Assembly (NCBI GenBank): GCA_026914245.1
Contig: CP110439.1
Coordinates: 3,038,001-3,102,000 of the forward strand
DNA length: 64,000 nucleotides
From: Puccinia triticina
Taxonomy: Eukaryota
Reading direction: 5' to 3'
The translations under genes and the position numbers were made by a program. A model generated the notes under the pieces. The model ran no database searches and was not told the origin of the DNA. It worked only from the letters and a program-made list of their open reading frames with translations. Below, in pieces: positions 12,539 to 25,200 of the stretch (the first letter of the stretch is position 1; the number at the start of each line of letters is the position of its first letter).

Positions 12539-13461
12539 CTGACAAAGTATTTCCTCTCCCACTTCCAACAAATTTTAATCTGTCTTTATTTAATCTGTCT
12601 CTATCATCCCGATGTAACACTTTCTTTTGAAAACACAACCTTCATAGCGTTGAACTTGCAGTCCAGGGGTTTCCTTTTTCACCCCGCTGCGGCACATTGG
12701 TGGATGCGGAGAGTAATAGTTATCAAAACTAAACCTAGAATATTGGATGTGTATAGTTAAACATGTTTCCTATTGTTTTTTTCTCTTTTCTTCATCCAAA
12801 GTTTTGGTTTCACTCCTCTGAGCCTCACTCATCCGGTCTCATCTCATTTGTGTCGAGTCTAGGTCTGTTTCTCTCATTTTTCTCACTCCCTCATTTCTCA
12901 AAGTTGTTGTTTCTCAAGGTTGCACACTTAGCTCACTTGTCGTTAGTCTTCACTTGGTTGTATCCTAATGCCCATGGTTGGAAACCAAAAGATCTTTCTT
13001 TCTTTACATACATCAATCAGAGATCTCATTGTAGAATTTTGAACATTATTCACTGCAAAAAAACACATTTGTGTATCAACCCCTTTCAACCTTTAACTGT
13101 AATTTATTTTGCAAAGAATGTTGGTGGGCTTTGCTTTTTTTCATTAGCAGGGTTCACAATTGTGATTTCCCAGGAAGTTTTTATTGGCACACCTGTCAGA
13201 TCATCTTTACCGGTTGAGCTAAGATCACACAAGTTTTTGATCAACAGAGAAATTGGACTGTATCAGGGGCTTGTGAGGTGTTGAGTTGTGTGATGTGTCC
13301 AGTTCAATGGCTGTTAGCTTGTGAGCTAACTATTGGCTTGCTAAATGTAGCAATGGTTGGCGGAATTTGGAGCTTCCACATAACTTGGTGTGGCCTGACA
13401 TCAGCCTGGTGTGCTTGAATTTGGTGTCTAAACCAGCTAGCTGTCAGCCACTTCAGCCTCC

Positions 13462-13828
13462 AGGACCCTGGAAACCCTCAAACTAGGTGGGTAATGTAAA
13501 TGTATGATTTTTTTTTTTTTTTTTTTTTTGCAAAATGGTATGTATAGGCCTTAAGTTGGTATGAATGGATTTGAAATTCAAGAGGTTAGGCATCAAAAAT
13601 GGCAGAAATGTATGAAATTTCCGCCAAAATTTGGTTAAATCTGCTGCTACCCGCAGAACTCTCTGGGGTTCCCAGGGGTGATTTTACCTCATGACCCCTG
13701 GGCTCAAGCATACACATCAAAATGTTTAGATTGGCCCCTCAAAGGCCCCCAGTGCCACCCTATGTATGAACTCAGCCAGTATTCCATATTTTACATTACC
13801 AACATTTAAAGGGGGTTTCCAGGATCCT
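13462..13828. mobile_element. MITE with imperfect TIRs (possibly hAT-type)
   Basis: AGGACCCTGGAAACCC...GGTAATGTAAA versus TTTACATTACC...GGGTTTCCAGGATCCT. Flanks CAGCCTCC/TAGCCACC match at 6 of 8. Confidence 0.5.
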
Positions 13829-14031
13829 TAGCCACCACTACCAGAAATGGTGGGTCCTCTGTGCTATCATTAGCCATAGCCCATCATAGTAAATATATTA
13901 CTGCTAAAAATAACAGGATTTCCGTCAGATGTTAGAGACAGTAAGCTAGTGCTAACCACCAGCAACCAAAACCACACTCACTAGACTGTGTTATGCTGCT
14001 TTTTAGCCACTTTTTATGGCCACAGCTGACC

Positions 14032-16663
14032 TAGGGACGGCGTTTGGGTACCCAGTACCGCCTTATGGGTGCGGCAGGTGCCAATAAGGTACCTCATAAG
14101 TGGTACCAGGTGTCTGTTTTTGTGAAAAAGGCAGAGGGTACCCGGGTACCGCTGGGCCCGGGTTCAGGTAAATTGATTGGGTTTAAATAGGGTTGACGGC
14201 ACCAGTGTGCTCCCCAGCCTGGGGCGCGCACTGGCGCCATCAACCATGTGTAAAAAACATCTGAGACAGCCACCATACACCCCTGTCATCAACTCCCCGC
14301 CGGAACTATCAATCAATCATGGCCTCCAACCGCAAGCAAAGAAGACACAACACATTACCATCATCCCCTCATCTGCTCTGAATCAATCTTCAACTCCAGC
14401 TCATCTATCCACACAGAAAAACCAAACCAGAAACAACAACAAGGAAAGTGAAGAAACAACTAGCAGAGATGACCTCATCACTCCAACTCCAAGTAGTACC
14501 CAACCTCAATCAGGAATACCCAGCCTTGAAACTGATGAGTAGGAGTTATGTGAGCACTTTCCGTTTATCACTTCTTTGTCTGGCAGAATGATTCTGAGTT
14601 TTTTTTTAGTACGGGCACAGAGGGTCGCCACAAAATGCCAGAGTTCAAGCTATAAATCTTACTTGGTACCAGAGCTCTCTGAGCAGCTTGACAAGAATAA
14701 CCAACGGATGATTGCTTATCCGTGCAAAATGTGAGTTTGAGTGATCTTCTTTTATGGCCATGATCAATCAGTTGAATAGCTGACCCCCCATTTCCAGATG
14801 CGGAATCAAGATTAACCGTCCAACCTCCAACTTGTCTTGCAGTAACTTAATCAAGCATGCTGCAAACTGCCTCCAAAAACAAAATGAACAGAAATCAAAA
14901 GTTAATCTGGCCTGTGTTGTGATCAAGGGAACTGGGGAAGTTGATCCCAAAGAGGTGAGTAAAAAACACATAACTATGATCAAGATAACTAGGCTGACCA
15001 TAAGTAATTTACTTAGGTTCTGCAACTTTGCGCTGTCTGGTGTGCCAAGGCTGCCAGACCCTTTTTGGCACTAGTTGATTCTAGCCATTGGGTGATTCTT
15101 CATCCAACGGGCGTCAAGAATCTACCAGCAAGACAAGTGGTTTCATTATATATCCACAGGCTCTACTCCGCTATACAGCAGGAATATAAGTTGGTTTTGG
15201 AAGTGAGTTCCTCTTTGACAATCATTTTCCAACTGGCTGGACCCCAGCTGAGCTTTTCATTGTTTTATTAGGCACAGAAAGGTGCATTGTACTTAGGTGT
15301 TGACGCCTGGCAGTCACCCAATGGGTTTGACATCCTCGGGATCATCATCTACCAGTTAGCAGGGGATCAATCGGGTGATCCAAAGCTAGAGGCCATGCCT
15401 CTAGACTTTGTTTGCCTCTCTCAAAGCCACACAGGTCATTATCTTGCAGAGACTGTCCGCCTTTTTGTGGAGAAATTTGGTATTCAACAGAAGGTTAGTC
15501 ACTATTTATTTTGTTTTGCAGGATTTTCTGTCTCTGACTGTCTCCAATGACTCCTATCTGAACAAAAAAATCCCTTCAGATATGTGGGATTGTCAGCGAC
15601 AATGCGACCAACAACAAGGTCATGGTAAGAGAGCTGAAAAAGCAGAAGTGGGCCCGCTTCAAAGGGGAGCCCCAGTGGGTACACTGTTTTGCACACGTAC
15701 TCAACTTGATTGTTCAAGGTATCTTACGGCCCTTTGGAACTCAGAAGCAAGCAGGGTCTCAAACCCCCCCCCCCCCAAAATGGCTCAGGATTACTCAGGT
15801 GATTCTGAATCCAGCAATGATGATGTGGAGCAAAGCATTAATTTGCAAGTTCAATGTTTCATCATTATTTTTGTTCAAGATGCTCATTCATCTCATATGT
15901 ACTAGCTTTGATTCCAAGAAAGATACCGTTCTAGTGACAATGATGATGGAAGCAAGGTTGGGTCTCTTGACAAAAACAATCTAGATGATTCAGAGCTGCC
16001 CAGTCTGGATGATATTGAACACACTAGCAAAAAAGAGGAAGATGATTGCTACACAACCAAGTGTTGCAGAAACAGTTTGGGAAAGGTTTGCAACTAGAAT
16101 CAATTTATCCAAAAAAGTTGACTGTAGTTGATAATCTAATCTTAATCTTTTTCCTCTAGTTTTGTGCCATTGCTAAAATATTGAAATACTCTCTGAAATC
16201 AAAAGCTAAATTCATTGAAATCTGCCGCAAAAATGGATGTGAAACTCCTCAAAACGTCAAGCGAGATATGTGAACCCAATGTAATTCAACCCTTGTCCAA
16301 ATTAACAGTATCCTTAGCTGTGAGGCCGCAATGTAAGTTTATTATTATAAACTTTGTTATCAATTGGATGCGTTTAACTGACTACCTTGATTTCTTCCCC
16401 AGTGACAATTGGCAGCATCACAAATGGCTTGGGATTGATTGGAAGTTCCACCTCAATCAGTCTGACTTTGACTTGGCACGGGATCTATTGGAAACCCTCA
16501 CTTTATTTTACAAGATCACTCTTCAAATCTCAACCTCTGGCTTGGCTTGCTTATCCAATGTAGCCGGATTCATCAATCAAATCAGGGAAAATTTATCAAC
16601 AGCAGTCAGTGGTTCCAACAGTGTTGAAAAATGCTTGCCAAATTGGGTTAAACATCACCAACA
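14032..16663 (+). mobile_element. hAT DNA transposon with decayed spliced transposase, 3' truncated
   Basis: Left terminus TAGGGACGG with GGTACC subterminal motifs. Motifs LGVDAWQSPN, PLDFV.L..SHTG.YLA, IVSDNATNN and CFAHVLNLIVQ. Stops and frameshifts present. Confidence 0.85.
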
Positions 16664-17217
16664 GAACGCTTTTGGAAGAGTCCTCTCCTCAAGAGGAAGA
16701 AAACCGGCTGTATTCCTGTCCGCTGGGGTATTTACCCTGCCTGCTTGGAGAAGAAGAAGGCAATGCGGCCCCCTTAGTAGATTCAGGATCTCAGCTGAAT
16801 CTGATCTCGGATGCGAAGGCATCAAAGCTTAACCTAAGCCCCCGCGTTAACTTTAACTCCGCGGTGTACGGGATCGGGAATCAGGCGTGTGAATTGGTTG
16901 GCGTCGCTGAAGACGTGCCTGTCAGGATCGGGAAGTCAATAGTGGGCACCTGCCACTTTTGGATCACGCGCGTGGATGGCCCCATCATCTTAGGAAGGCC
17001 TTTTCTCATGGATTTCGACGTTACACTCGAATTCTCCGGACAGACGGGCGAGAAGATCCTCCTCCCGGACGCTAATGGTCGAAAAATCGAGCTGACCCTT
17101 TGTTCTGTGGATTCGGGCCGCTGGGAGCGTGACTTTCCGGGTGGCGGCCGCAAGGCAATATTGACGCGCAAAGGGAAAGCGCGCGACGATCCCGTGGAGG
17201 GCCGTCATTTTTTATAG
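16664..17217 (+). CDS. Gypsy gag C-terminus and aspartic protease ORF (partial)
   Basis: DSG active-site motif and ILGRPFL motif. Ends CAT TTT TTA TAG. Confidence 0.85.
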
Positions 17218-17282
17218 AGCGGGTTGGCTCGGAAAGCGGCAGACTTAATTTAGAGTCTCGCAGTCCTGTCGCAGAGCCAACT
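17208..17282 (+). promoter_or_regulatory. Putative -1 ribosomal frameshift signal
   Basis: T TTT TTA at 17208-17214, an 8-nt spacer, then stem GTTGGCTC/GAGCCAAC with inner pairing GCGGCAG/CTGTCGC. Confidence 0.75.
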
Positions 17283-20200
17283 AATAATTCAGAGGCTCAC
17301 GGTTCGGTTTCTTTCTTTTCCTTGTCATCTTCTCAAAATCAGCAAATCCAAAAACAGCAAAAAACTCCCGAAAAAGCCAAAAACATCGCGTCCGATTTCC
17401 ATGTCCAGTCTTTCCATCTCGTCTCATCTCACTTCAATTCTCTCGAGCGCCAAAGCGGCGCTTCATCCGATTCAAGATCAGGCCAAACAGGCGGCGAGGA
17501 GAAAATAGGTGTTCCACGGAGGCAGGGAGAACTGAAAGTAAGTTCCTCCCGATTATGCACCTCCGGGCGAGATACCGCCACCTCTGTGAAAAACTCTACT
17601 TCAGCCACATTCGTGAGCCGCCCGCATCCTTTGGACTTTCCTCTGGTTTCAGGTGATGCTCCACCCTATCCGACACGTCTCCGCAACGAGAATAAACTTC
17701 CCTATTCTCCCCGAAACGGATCATCTCAGTCTAGTCTCCGGAATGAGCATAAACTAGATACGTCTTGTGGCGTCCTCCGCAACGAGGGTAATCTAGTTCG
17801 ACTCCGCGATGAGCCTAAACTCCCAAGCCTCCGCGACAAGGAAAAACTAAAGATCCTCTGTAATGAGGTTAAACTATTTTCTTGGACCCTGGATTGTGAG
17901 GGTGGTGTGGTGGAGTTTGGACCGCCGTGGAGACCATTTGGAGTAGAAGTAAGTTCCTCCCAATGTGCACCTCCGAGGCGTGATGCTCCGCAAACTTTGA
18001 AAGCCCTACCACGCGCCACACTCGTGAGCCACTCCCATCCGTCTGGACTCTCCTTTGCAGAGAAGGCAGCTTTCGAGGACGGCGCGGAACATCGGACTTG
18101 GCGGCTCCTTGAATGCGGTCTCAATCATTGCGCGCAACGGGAGCTTGTGGAATTGTGGAAGGAGGGCGGACTCCTCTCTTTCGCGGCGAAATACAAACCG
18201 GTGGCGCGAAAGGTCAAACCGGTGAATCAACCCATGCCCCAAAATCTCAATCCACCGCTGCAGCGCCCTCCCTTGTCTCGCGATCCTTATCGCGGTCTCT
18301 CGCGTTCCTTGGCCGGCCCTTTTGTGCCGCGCGGACGAGTCACTGAGCTGAGTCTTCAAGTAGTCAACTTCGGTCCTCCGGGGTGGCTAAACCCGTCAGA
18401 GTTGGATCTCATCAAGAACGTGTTGGCGGAAAGAAATCTTTCCATAGCTTTCGACGAGTCTCAGCGCGGTTTGCTTAAGGAGTCATATGGGCTTCCTTAC
18501 ATCATACCTGTGGTGGAGCACGAACCTTGGCAGAAGAGGAAGATCCCCATCCCTGCAGCTAAGATGGAAGAATACACGAAGATCATCCGTGAGCGTGTCC
18601 GCACCGGCCTCTACGAACAATCTACGTCAAGCTACACGAGTCCTGTGTTCTGTGTGTTTAAGGGCAACGGCAAGCTGCGGATAGTTCACGACCTCCAGCC
18701 GTTAAATAAAGTCACGATTTGAGATGCGGGCGTTCCTCCGGCTACCGAAGAATTTGTAGAATCCTTTTCTGGCCGCGCTTGCTACGGCCTCGGCGACATC
18801 ATGGGCGGCTACGACGAGCGCGCCTTGCATCCGATCTCAAGGCCACTCACGACGTTTGACACGCCGCTTGGAAGGTTCCAGCTCACCCGGCTCCCTCAAG
18901 GCGCAACAAACTCTGTCGCAGTGTACCAGGCTCAAATGGTTTGGATTCTTCAGGACGAAATCCCGGAGCACGCGGGTATTTTCATTGATGACGGTGGGAT
19001 CAAAGGCCCAGTGTCGGATTATGACAATGAGGTCCTGGATTGGCATTCCAGCATCCGGCGCTTCGTCTGGGAATACGCGGAAACTTTGGAGCGCATTTTG
19101 TTCAGAATTGAAGAATCCGGGTTGACCGTGTCGGCGTCGAAGCTCGCGGCATGCGTGCCCGCTTTGGAGATCGTGGGCCACGTAGTGTGCAAGGAGGGCC
19201 GCCGAATGGCGAGGAGCAAGGTCAATAAGATCCTTTCTTGGCCAACCCCGGCTAATGCGACGGAGGTGCGCGGGTTTTTGGGCGTGGTTGTGTACGTTAG
19301 GATCTTCATTCCCTCCCTGTCTCAACTTTGTTTGCCACTTCGCCGCCTGACGCGCAAGGACGCCGAATTTCTCTGGACTTCCGATTGTGAGGACGCGTTC
19401 GAGGAGCTGAAGCTCATTGTGGGAAGGGACATTGTTCTTGTCAAGATCAATTACGGATTGGATGCGGGAAGAATCAAGCTTGCGGTGGATTCTAGCTTTC
19501 ATGCGGCAGGCGCGGTCCTCTCCCAGGAAGACTCGAATGGATTGGACCGGCCGGCTCTTTACGAGTCCTTGCTGTTTTCCAATGTGGAGTCGAGGTACTC
19601 CCAATCAAAACTGGAGTTATGCGGCGTCGCGAGGATCCTCAAGAAGCTTCAAACCATTTTATGGGGGCAGCATTTCGAGCTCCAAGTTGACGCGCAGTCC
19701 CTTATTCAAATGATCAACGCGCCAAGCCTCCCCAACGCGCCGATGACGCGCTGGGTGGCTTTCATCCAACTCTTTTCCTTCGACATTGTCCACCGCCCGG
19801 GCAAATCCTTCACTATGCCGGACGGTCTCTCGCGGCGCCCTCAAGGCGAGGATGACAGTGATCCCCCCTCCTCTGAGTTTGACGAGGACTCTCCAGCGAT
19901 TCGTCCGCTTCACTCTTTCACCGTCAACTCCGAAACAGGCTATTCCGGGTATCAGGAGGGCTTCTGGCGTTGTATGGAGATTTTTCTTGCGACCTTGGCC
20001 CGGCCAGAAGGCTTGGATGCGGCGGAGTTTCGCGCCTTGAAGCGCAGATCTGTGGACTTCTTTCTGCAAGCGGGCCGTCTCATGAAGCGCGGCAGCCCGT
20101 TGCCGCGCATCGTCGTAACTATCCCACCCAAGCAAGATTCGATCCTACGCAAGCTCCACGAGGATTTGGGCCACCGCGGCACCACGGAGACCTATCGGCG

Positions 20201-21218
20201 CGTCTCTGAGCGCTTTTGGTGGCCGTCCCTCAAGCAGTCTGTGGCGCGTTGGTGTCGGAGCTGCGAGGATTGTCAGAAGAAAGACCTCAGACGCCCCCAA
20301 GAGCTGCGCTACCCCACTGGAGAATCAACGGTCTTTGGGCGAGTGTCAATGGACGCCGTCCACCTCAAGGCTAGTGGCGCTAAATATCTGATCGTGGCTC
20401 GCGACGACTTCTCAGGGTGGGTTGAAGCCAAGATATTGAATAATCTCACTTCGGAGGCGGTAGCGGCGTTTCTTCAAGAAAATTGGACGATGCGCTATGG
20501 TCTAGCGCGCTCTTATTCGACAGATGGCGGATCTGAGTTCGGCGGCGCGTTGGCGGAGATGCTGCGCGCTTTGCCAGGGCAGCACAGAGTTTCCACCCCT
20601 TACTATCCGGAAGGGCAGGGCATGGTGGAGCGCGGCCACGGTCCCCTCAAGTCTGCTCTGGTCAAGCTGGCCGGCGAGAGTGGAAAGAACTGTCGCCATT
20701 ACCTGCCCTTGGTGCTTTTCGCCGACCGGATCTCCACCAAGAGGACGACCGGCTACTCTCCCTACGAGCTTGTTTTCGGTCAGCGTGCAGTGCTTCCTCT
20801 CGATCTTGAAATCGAATCTTATCTCGGCGTTGACTGGGACGCGGTGAAGGACACGTCTGATCTCCTCGCCGCGCGCTCCCGGCAACTAGAGCGCAGCGAG
20901 GAGACTCGGGGAATCGCTTACAGGAAGCTGATGGATGCGCGGGGCGACTCCTTGCGCTATTGGGAAGAGAAGAACGCAGCGCGGATTTGAGAACCTCTCA
21001 AGCCTGGCGATCGAGTTCTTGCTTTCAACAGGTCTTTAGAGACGCAGTGGGGGCAGTTGTTTGCCCACCGTTGGAACGGCCCCTACTGCGTCGTGAAACA
21101 GGTTCCTGGAGGTTCCTACGTTCTGGCGGAGCTTGACGGCACGGAATTGAAACGGCGTTTTGCCGCGGATCAGGTAAAAAGGTTTTATGCTCGCGAGGAC
21201 TTTCCTGACCAGAAGTAA
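17208..21218 (+). pseudogene. pol: Gypsy pol (spacer-RT-RNase H-integrase) in the -1 frame, with two in-frame TGA stops
   Basis: One frame runs from 17208 to TAA at 21216-21218, interrupted only by TGA at 18720 and 20988. Confidence 0.88.
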
Positions 21219-21823
21219 GTTCCTCTCCTGGTATGCACTTCCTGGGTAGCTACTACCGTATTCTTCGAAACCCTACTTCTTGCCACACTTGTGAGCATTG
21301 CGTCGGCGCCCAGTTTTCTCTCTTTAGGACCCTCTTTCTCCCTCCTCTCTTTTCTGGTCTTTTCTTTAGTGCACGGACGGAAGGCGAGCAGTCTAGGGAC
21401 AGACTGCAAGTGTGGTGGAGATGTGGTGGCCATTTGCGTGGCGCCCGTGGCGCAGCGGATTCCTTGAGTTTTCAGCCATCAAGACATCAACTCATGGGCG
21501 TCAAGATCAATCAGCGCGCGTCGCGCGCGGTGGAATCTTCAAGGTGTTTCAGGATTAGGCTTTGGTTTCCTTTGTGTTTGTTTTGTTGTTTTCCTTTCTC
21601 CTCCTCTGTCTTATGTTCTTCTGTTTCTAAAATGCGCGCGTTGGAGAGGTGTTGTATGCGGAGGGTTGGTTTTCTTCCTTTGGTGTTATTTCTTTTCTGA
21701 TTCTTTCCTCCCTTCTCTTGCTGTTGTGGCGCGCTTGTGCGCGCGGGTGTATGATGACTTGTCCACAACATGTCGCAGCTCCCAGAGTCTGAGTTCAGTT
21801 TGAACTCAGATGATGGGGCGGCA

Positions 21824-22206
21824 TGGGATTTCGTCTGAACCAAAATTTTGTTTTTCAGATCATCTCATCAACTTGAATCTAAAGTTTATTGATCTTTGTT
21901 CGCCGATATACTCGCGGGAGCTTCTGAGTTTCTCCTCTCAGCCCCCGCGCCGATCCTCTTCCAGATTCCTGTCCTTTAAGATCACTGTCCCCGGTCCAGT
22001 TCGCCGGCCCTTTTCCCCAGATTCTCAGCAAACAAACCACCGCCGACGAGGATCTAAACCCCGTCGTCTCTTAACATAAATCCCCCCCCTCTTAAAGCTA
22101 TAACTTGAATCCCACGACTCTTTTCCGGATCACCGCGAAGGCAGCGCTCAGCGCAACTCTCCCTTCCAGTAACTGCCGACGGCCCAGCACCGGTCGGAGT
22201 TCCACA
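21824..22206 (+). repeat. Putative 3' LTR of the Gypsy element
   Basis: Follows a purine-rich GATGGGGCGGCA tract, starts TG and ends TCCACA directly before Copia coding sequence. The 5' LTR is absent, so the start is uncertain. Confidence 0.55.
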
Positions 22207-25200
22207 ACGCATGCTCCGCATGTATGCAGGGCAAAGCCGCTCGATTGTCATGCAAGAGCCATTTCAAACCCTCAAACGCTCCACTAGAAGTCATTCATGG
22301 TGATCTAGTGGGCCCAATCTCGCCGCCAACTAACGGCCACGCCTGATACTTCCTTACCCTGGTCGACCAATACACTGGATACATCCATTCAGTAATACTC
22401 AAAGAAAAAAGTCAGGCAGTCGAAGCTATTGAAAACTTCAGAAAACTTTTTGAAAAACAAACCGGCCATACCATGAAAAAGCTTGTGACGGACGGAGGCG
22501 GAGAATTCTGCAACAAGACATTGGGATCACTCCTGCAGGAAGCGGGTGTTCAACACCATTTTGCACTACCGTATACACCCCAGAACAACGGTCTAGCCGA
22601 GAGGGCGAATCGGACCTTGATCGAAATGACTCGTTGCATGATTATGCAATCGAATCTAGCCCCCAAATGGTGGGGTGAAGCGGTCCGAATGGCTACCGCA
22701 ACAACAAACTGCTTGCCTTCGCTGTCGAAAAGCAAGAAATGTCCAGTAGAGTTGCTTTTCAAATCCGCACCCAACATGAACTTCTTCCGGCCTTTCGGAT
22801 GTTGGGTGTGGGTGTGGGTGGTAAAACCAAAGCAACATCAAACCAACAAATTTGACCCCATCTTGTGGGAAGGTGTGCTAGTCGGGTACGAGAACGACTA
22901 CTCGTCTTACAAAATCTGCCGACTCGAAGATAAGCAAGTCATCATAGCAAAGCACGCTCATTTTGATGAAAGCTTCTTTCCTGCCTGTGGATCCATCAGA
23001 CAGGGCCATCTTGTCGCAAGCAATGATTGAATGCCAAATTTCTCGGCGCAGGCTGATTTTCCCTTCGAGGAAGAGGAGGATCTCCCTGGACTAGAAGGCA
23101 GCAAGGAAGATCTCGAAAGTGACGAAGAGGAGCGGCAGATGGAGGCCGTTCTTAAGCAGCTACATACCACAACTCCAAACAGCGATGATGAGGCGCTGCA
23201 CTCTCCCCGATCAGACGATGATCAAGCACTGCCTCCGAGAGCCATCATCGGCGGGATTGATAGCCGAAACATTCTCAACGGGAAGAGGGAACGAAAGCAA
23301 GCTTATACCGTCACTGTCTCCATAGAGCCGAAAAGCCACAAGCAAGCCATGGCGTGCTCCGAAAGCCAAAATTGGGCAGAAGCTGAGGAAAAAGAGATCA
23401 ACAACATGCGAAAGCACAATGTCTGGACAGTCCGTGTCAGGGTTGAATCTGATGATCCTATTCCGTCTACCTGGGCGTACCGCAAGAAGCTCGGCTCAGA
23501 GAATCAAGTAGTCGAGTTCAAAGCCTGGATATGCGCTCAAGGTTTTTGACAGACGCACGGCCTCAACTTTGAGGCAAAATACGCTCCTACCGGCAAACCT
23601 GCGTCTCTTCGCTTTCTGCTCTCTTTCGCGGTCAACAACGGCTTGGAGATACATCAACTTGATGTTAGGAGTGCCTTTCTAACTTGCCCTTTGGAGGATA
23701 AGGTCACTCTCCTCCCGCCGCCGGGATTGGATTGTCCGCCAAACTCTGTTCTGGAACTAAAGAAGGCCATCTACGGACTTTGGCTGGCGCCACTCGTCTG
23801 GTATAAGCGTTTATCAAACTACCTCTTCTCTCTTGGCTTCAAAGCAGCTGTTTCCGATCCATGCGTCTTCTGGCGTGCAGCTAGCGATGGCAAACCGGCA
23901 ACCTGGATATTCGCCCACGTTGATGACTTAGTCATCATAAGCAAGCAACCTGAAGTCTTCAAACAAGAAATGGAAGCGGAATTTGAAATTAAGTACATGG
24001 GAAAGGCTGAATTTCTCTTGGGGATGAACATCGAGCGATTCCGGGATGGCCTGCAGATAAATCAAACTCAATACATCAAGAGAAAGCTGCAAGAGTTCGG
24101 ACTTGAACATCTCCATCCTGCCTCATGCCCTTTAAACCCTCGGGAATATCTCAAGAAGGCGTCAGAAAGTGAACTTCAGGCATTTGCGGCTACTGGAGTA
24201 AGTTACCGTGCGCTGGTAGGGTCTCTCAACTATCTGAGCATTCTTACGCGGCCCAACATTGCCTTTGCTGTCAGCACCTTGTCTCAATACCTGGAAAAAC
24301 CAGGCATCAAACACTATCACGCTGCTGTACAAGTCTTTCGGTACCTGAACGGAACCAAGTCCATCGGCCTCACATATGTCAAGCAGGAAAACTCGCAAGT
24401 CACAGCCTATGTTGACGCTGACTGGGGCAATTGCCCCAACACCAGGCGATCAACTACAGGCTTTGTTGTCCAATCAGGCGCTCACCTCATCAACTGGAAG
24501 TCGTCAAAACAACCAACGGTGTCTCTTTCCACGACAGAGGCAGAGTACAAGGCACTCTCGGACCTTGGCCGAGACCTAGCCTGGGCTGCGAATCTTGGCG
24601 AGGAAACCCTCATTCTCTCAAGCTGCACTGGGTTCAAGGTCTACATTGACAACCGTGGAGCCATTGATCTGGCAAAGAGTGAGACGTCGCAGAATGGCTT
24701 CCACACAAAGCATATGGCAATCAGACTCCACTTCGTCCAAGAACTCATTGTGATTTGTCTAATTCTCACAATTTACGTCAAGACTACCAAAAATGCAGCT
24801 GACTTTCTCACCAAGCCAACCGGGAGGACAGTCATTCGAAAGTCACTACCAAAACTATTGGTCATTCAAATTCCGGGGTCTGCTTCGCATCTTGCGACTC
24901 AAAGCACGGGAGGCTGTGAGATTACACGCCTAGGTGAACGGCCGCATTCCCATAAATTGGGAAAGCGGCCGGGATCTACATTAGCTGCGGAAAATGGTAA
25001 GCAAAGCGAACCATCTCCGCAGTCCAAAACTGGTTCCGCGGGGTTGCAAAGCTGACACATCAATTTGATGTTTTGCAGATTCAACTCCAACGACCAGCAG
25101 ACTCAGGCTTGCGGAAAATCCCGGCTCCCAGTCTTTAAGAGCAAGAATATCAGCTAACACCAAAGGTGAGCAGCTGATGCTTAAACTCAAAGACCAGGCT

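Larger units (their letters stand above)
16664..22206 (+). mobile_element. Ty3/Gypsy LTR retrotransposon, 5' truncated (protease, RT, RNase H, integrase, 3' LTR)
   Basis: Protease LVDSGSQLN, RT LPQG and FIDD, RNase H VDSS..AAG, integrase HHCC plus DDE core. Domain order is PR-RT-RH-IN. Confidence 0.93.

Noticed and set aside
12613..13284. Solo LTR or 173-aa ORF
   Set aside because: TG...CA candidates lack a matching TSD, and the ORF is T-rich low-complexity sequence without motifs.
17726..20885. Long antisense and alternate-frame ORFs over Gypsy pol
   Set aside because: Shadow ORFs of a GC-rich coding region with no recognisable motifs.
18720..20990. Programmed TGA readthrough or selenocysteine in pol
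   Set aside because: Both stops are simply explained as CGA-to-TGA transitions, and the Copia shows the same pattern.
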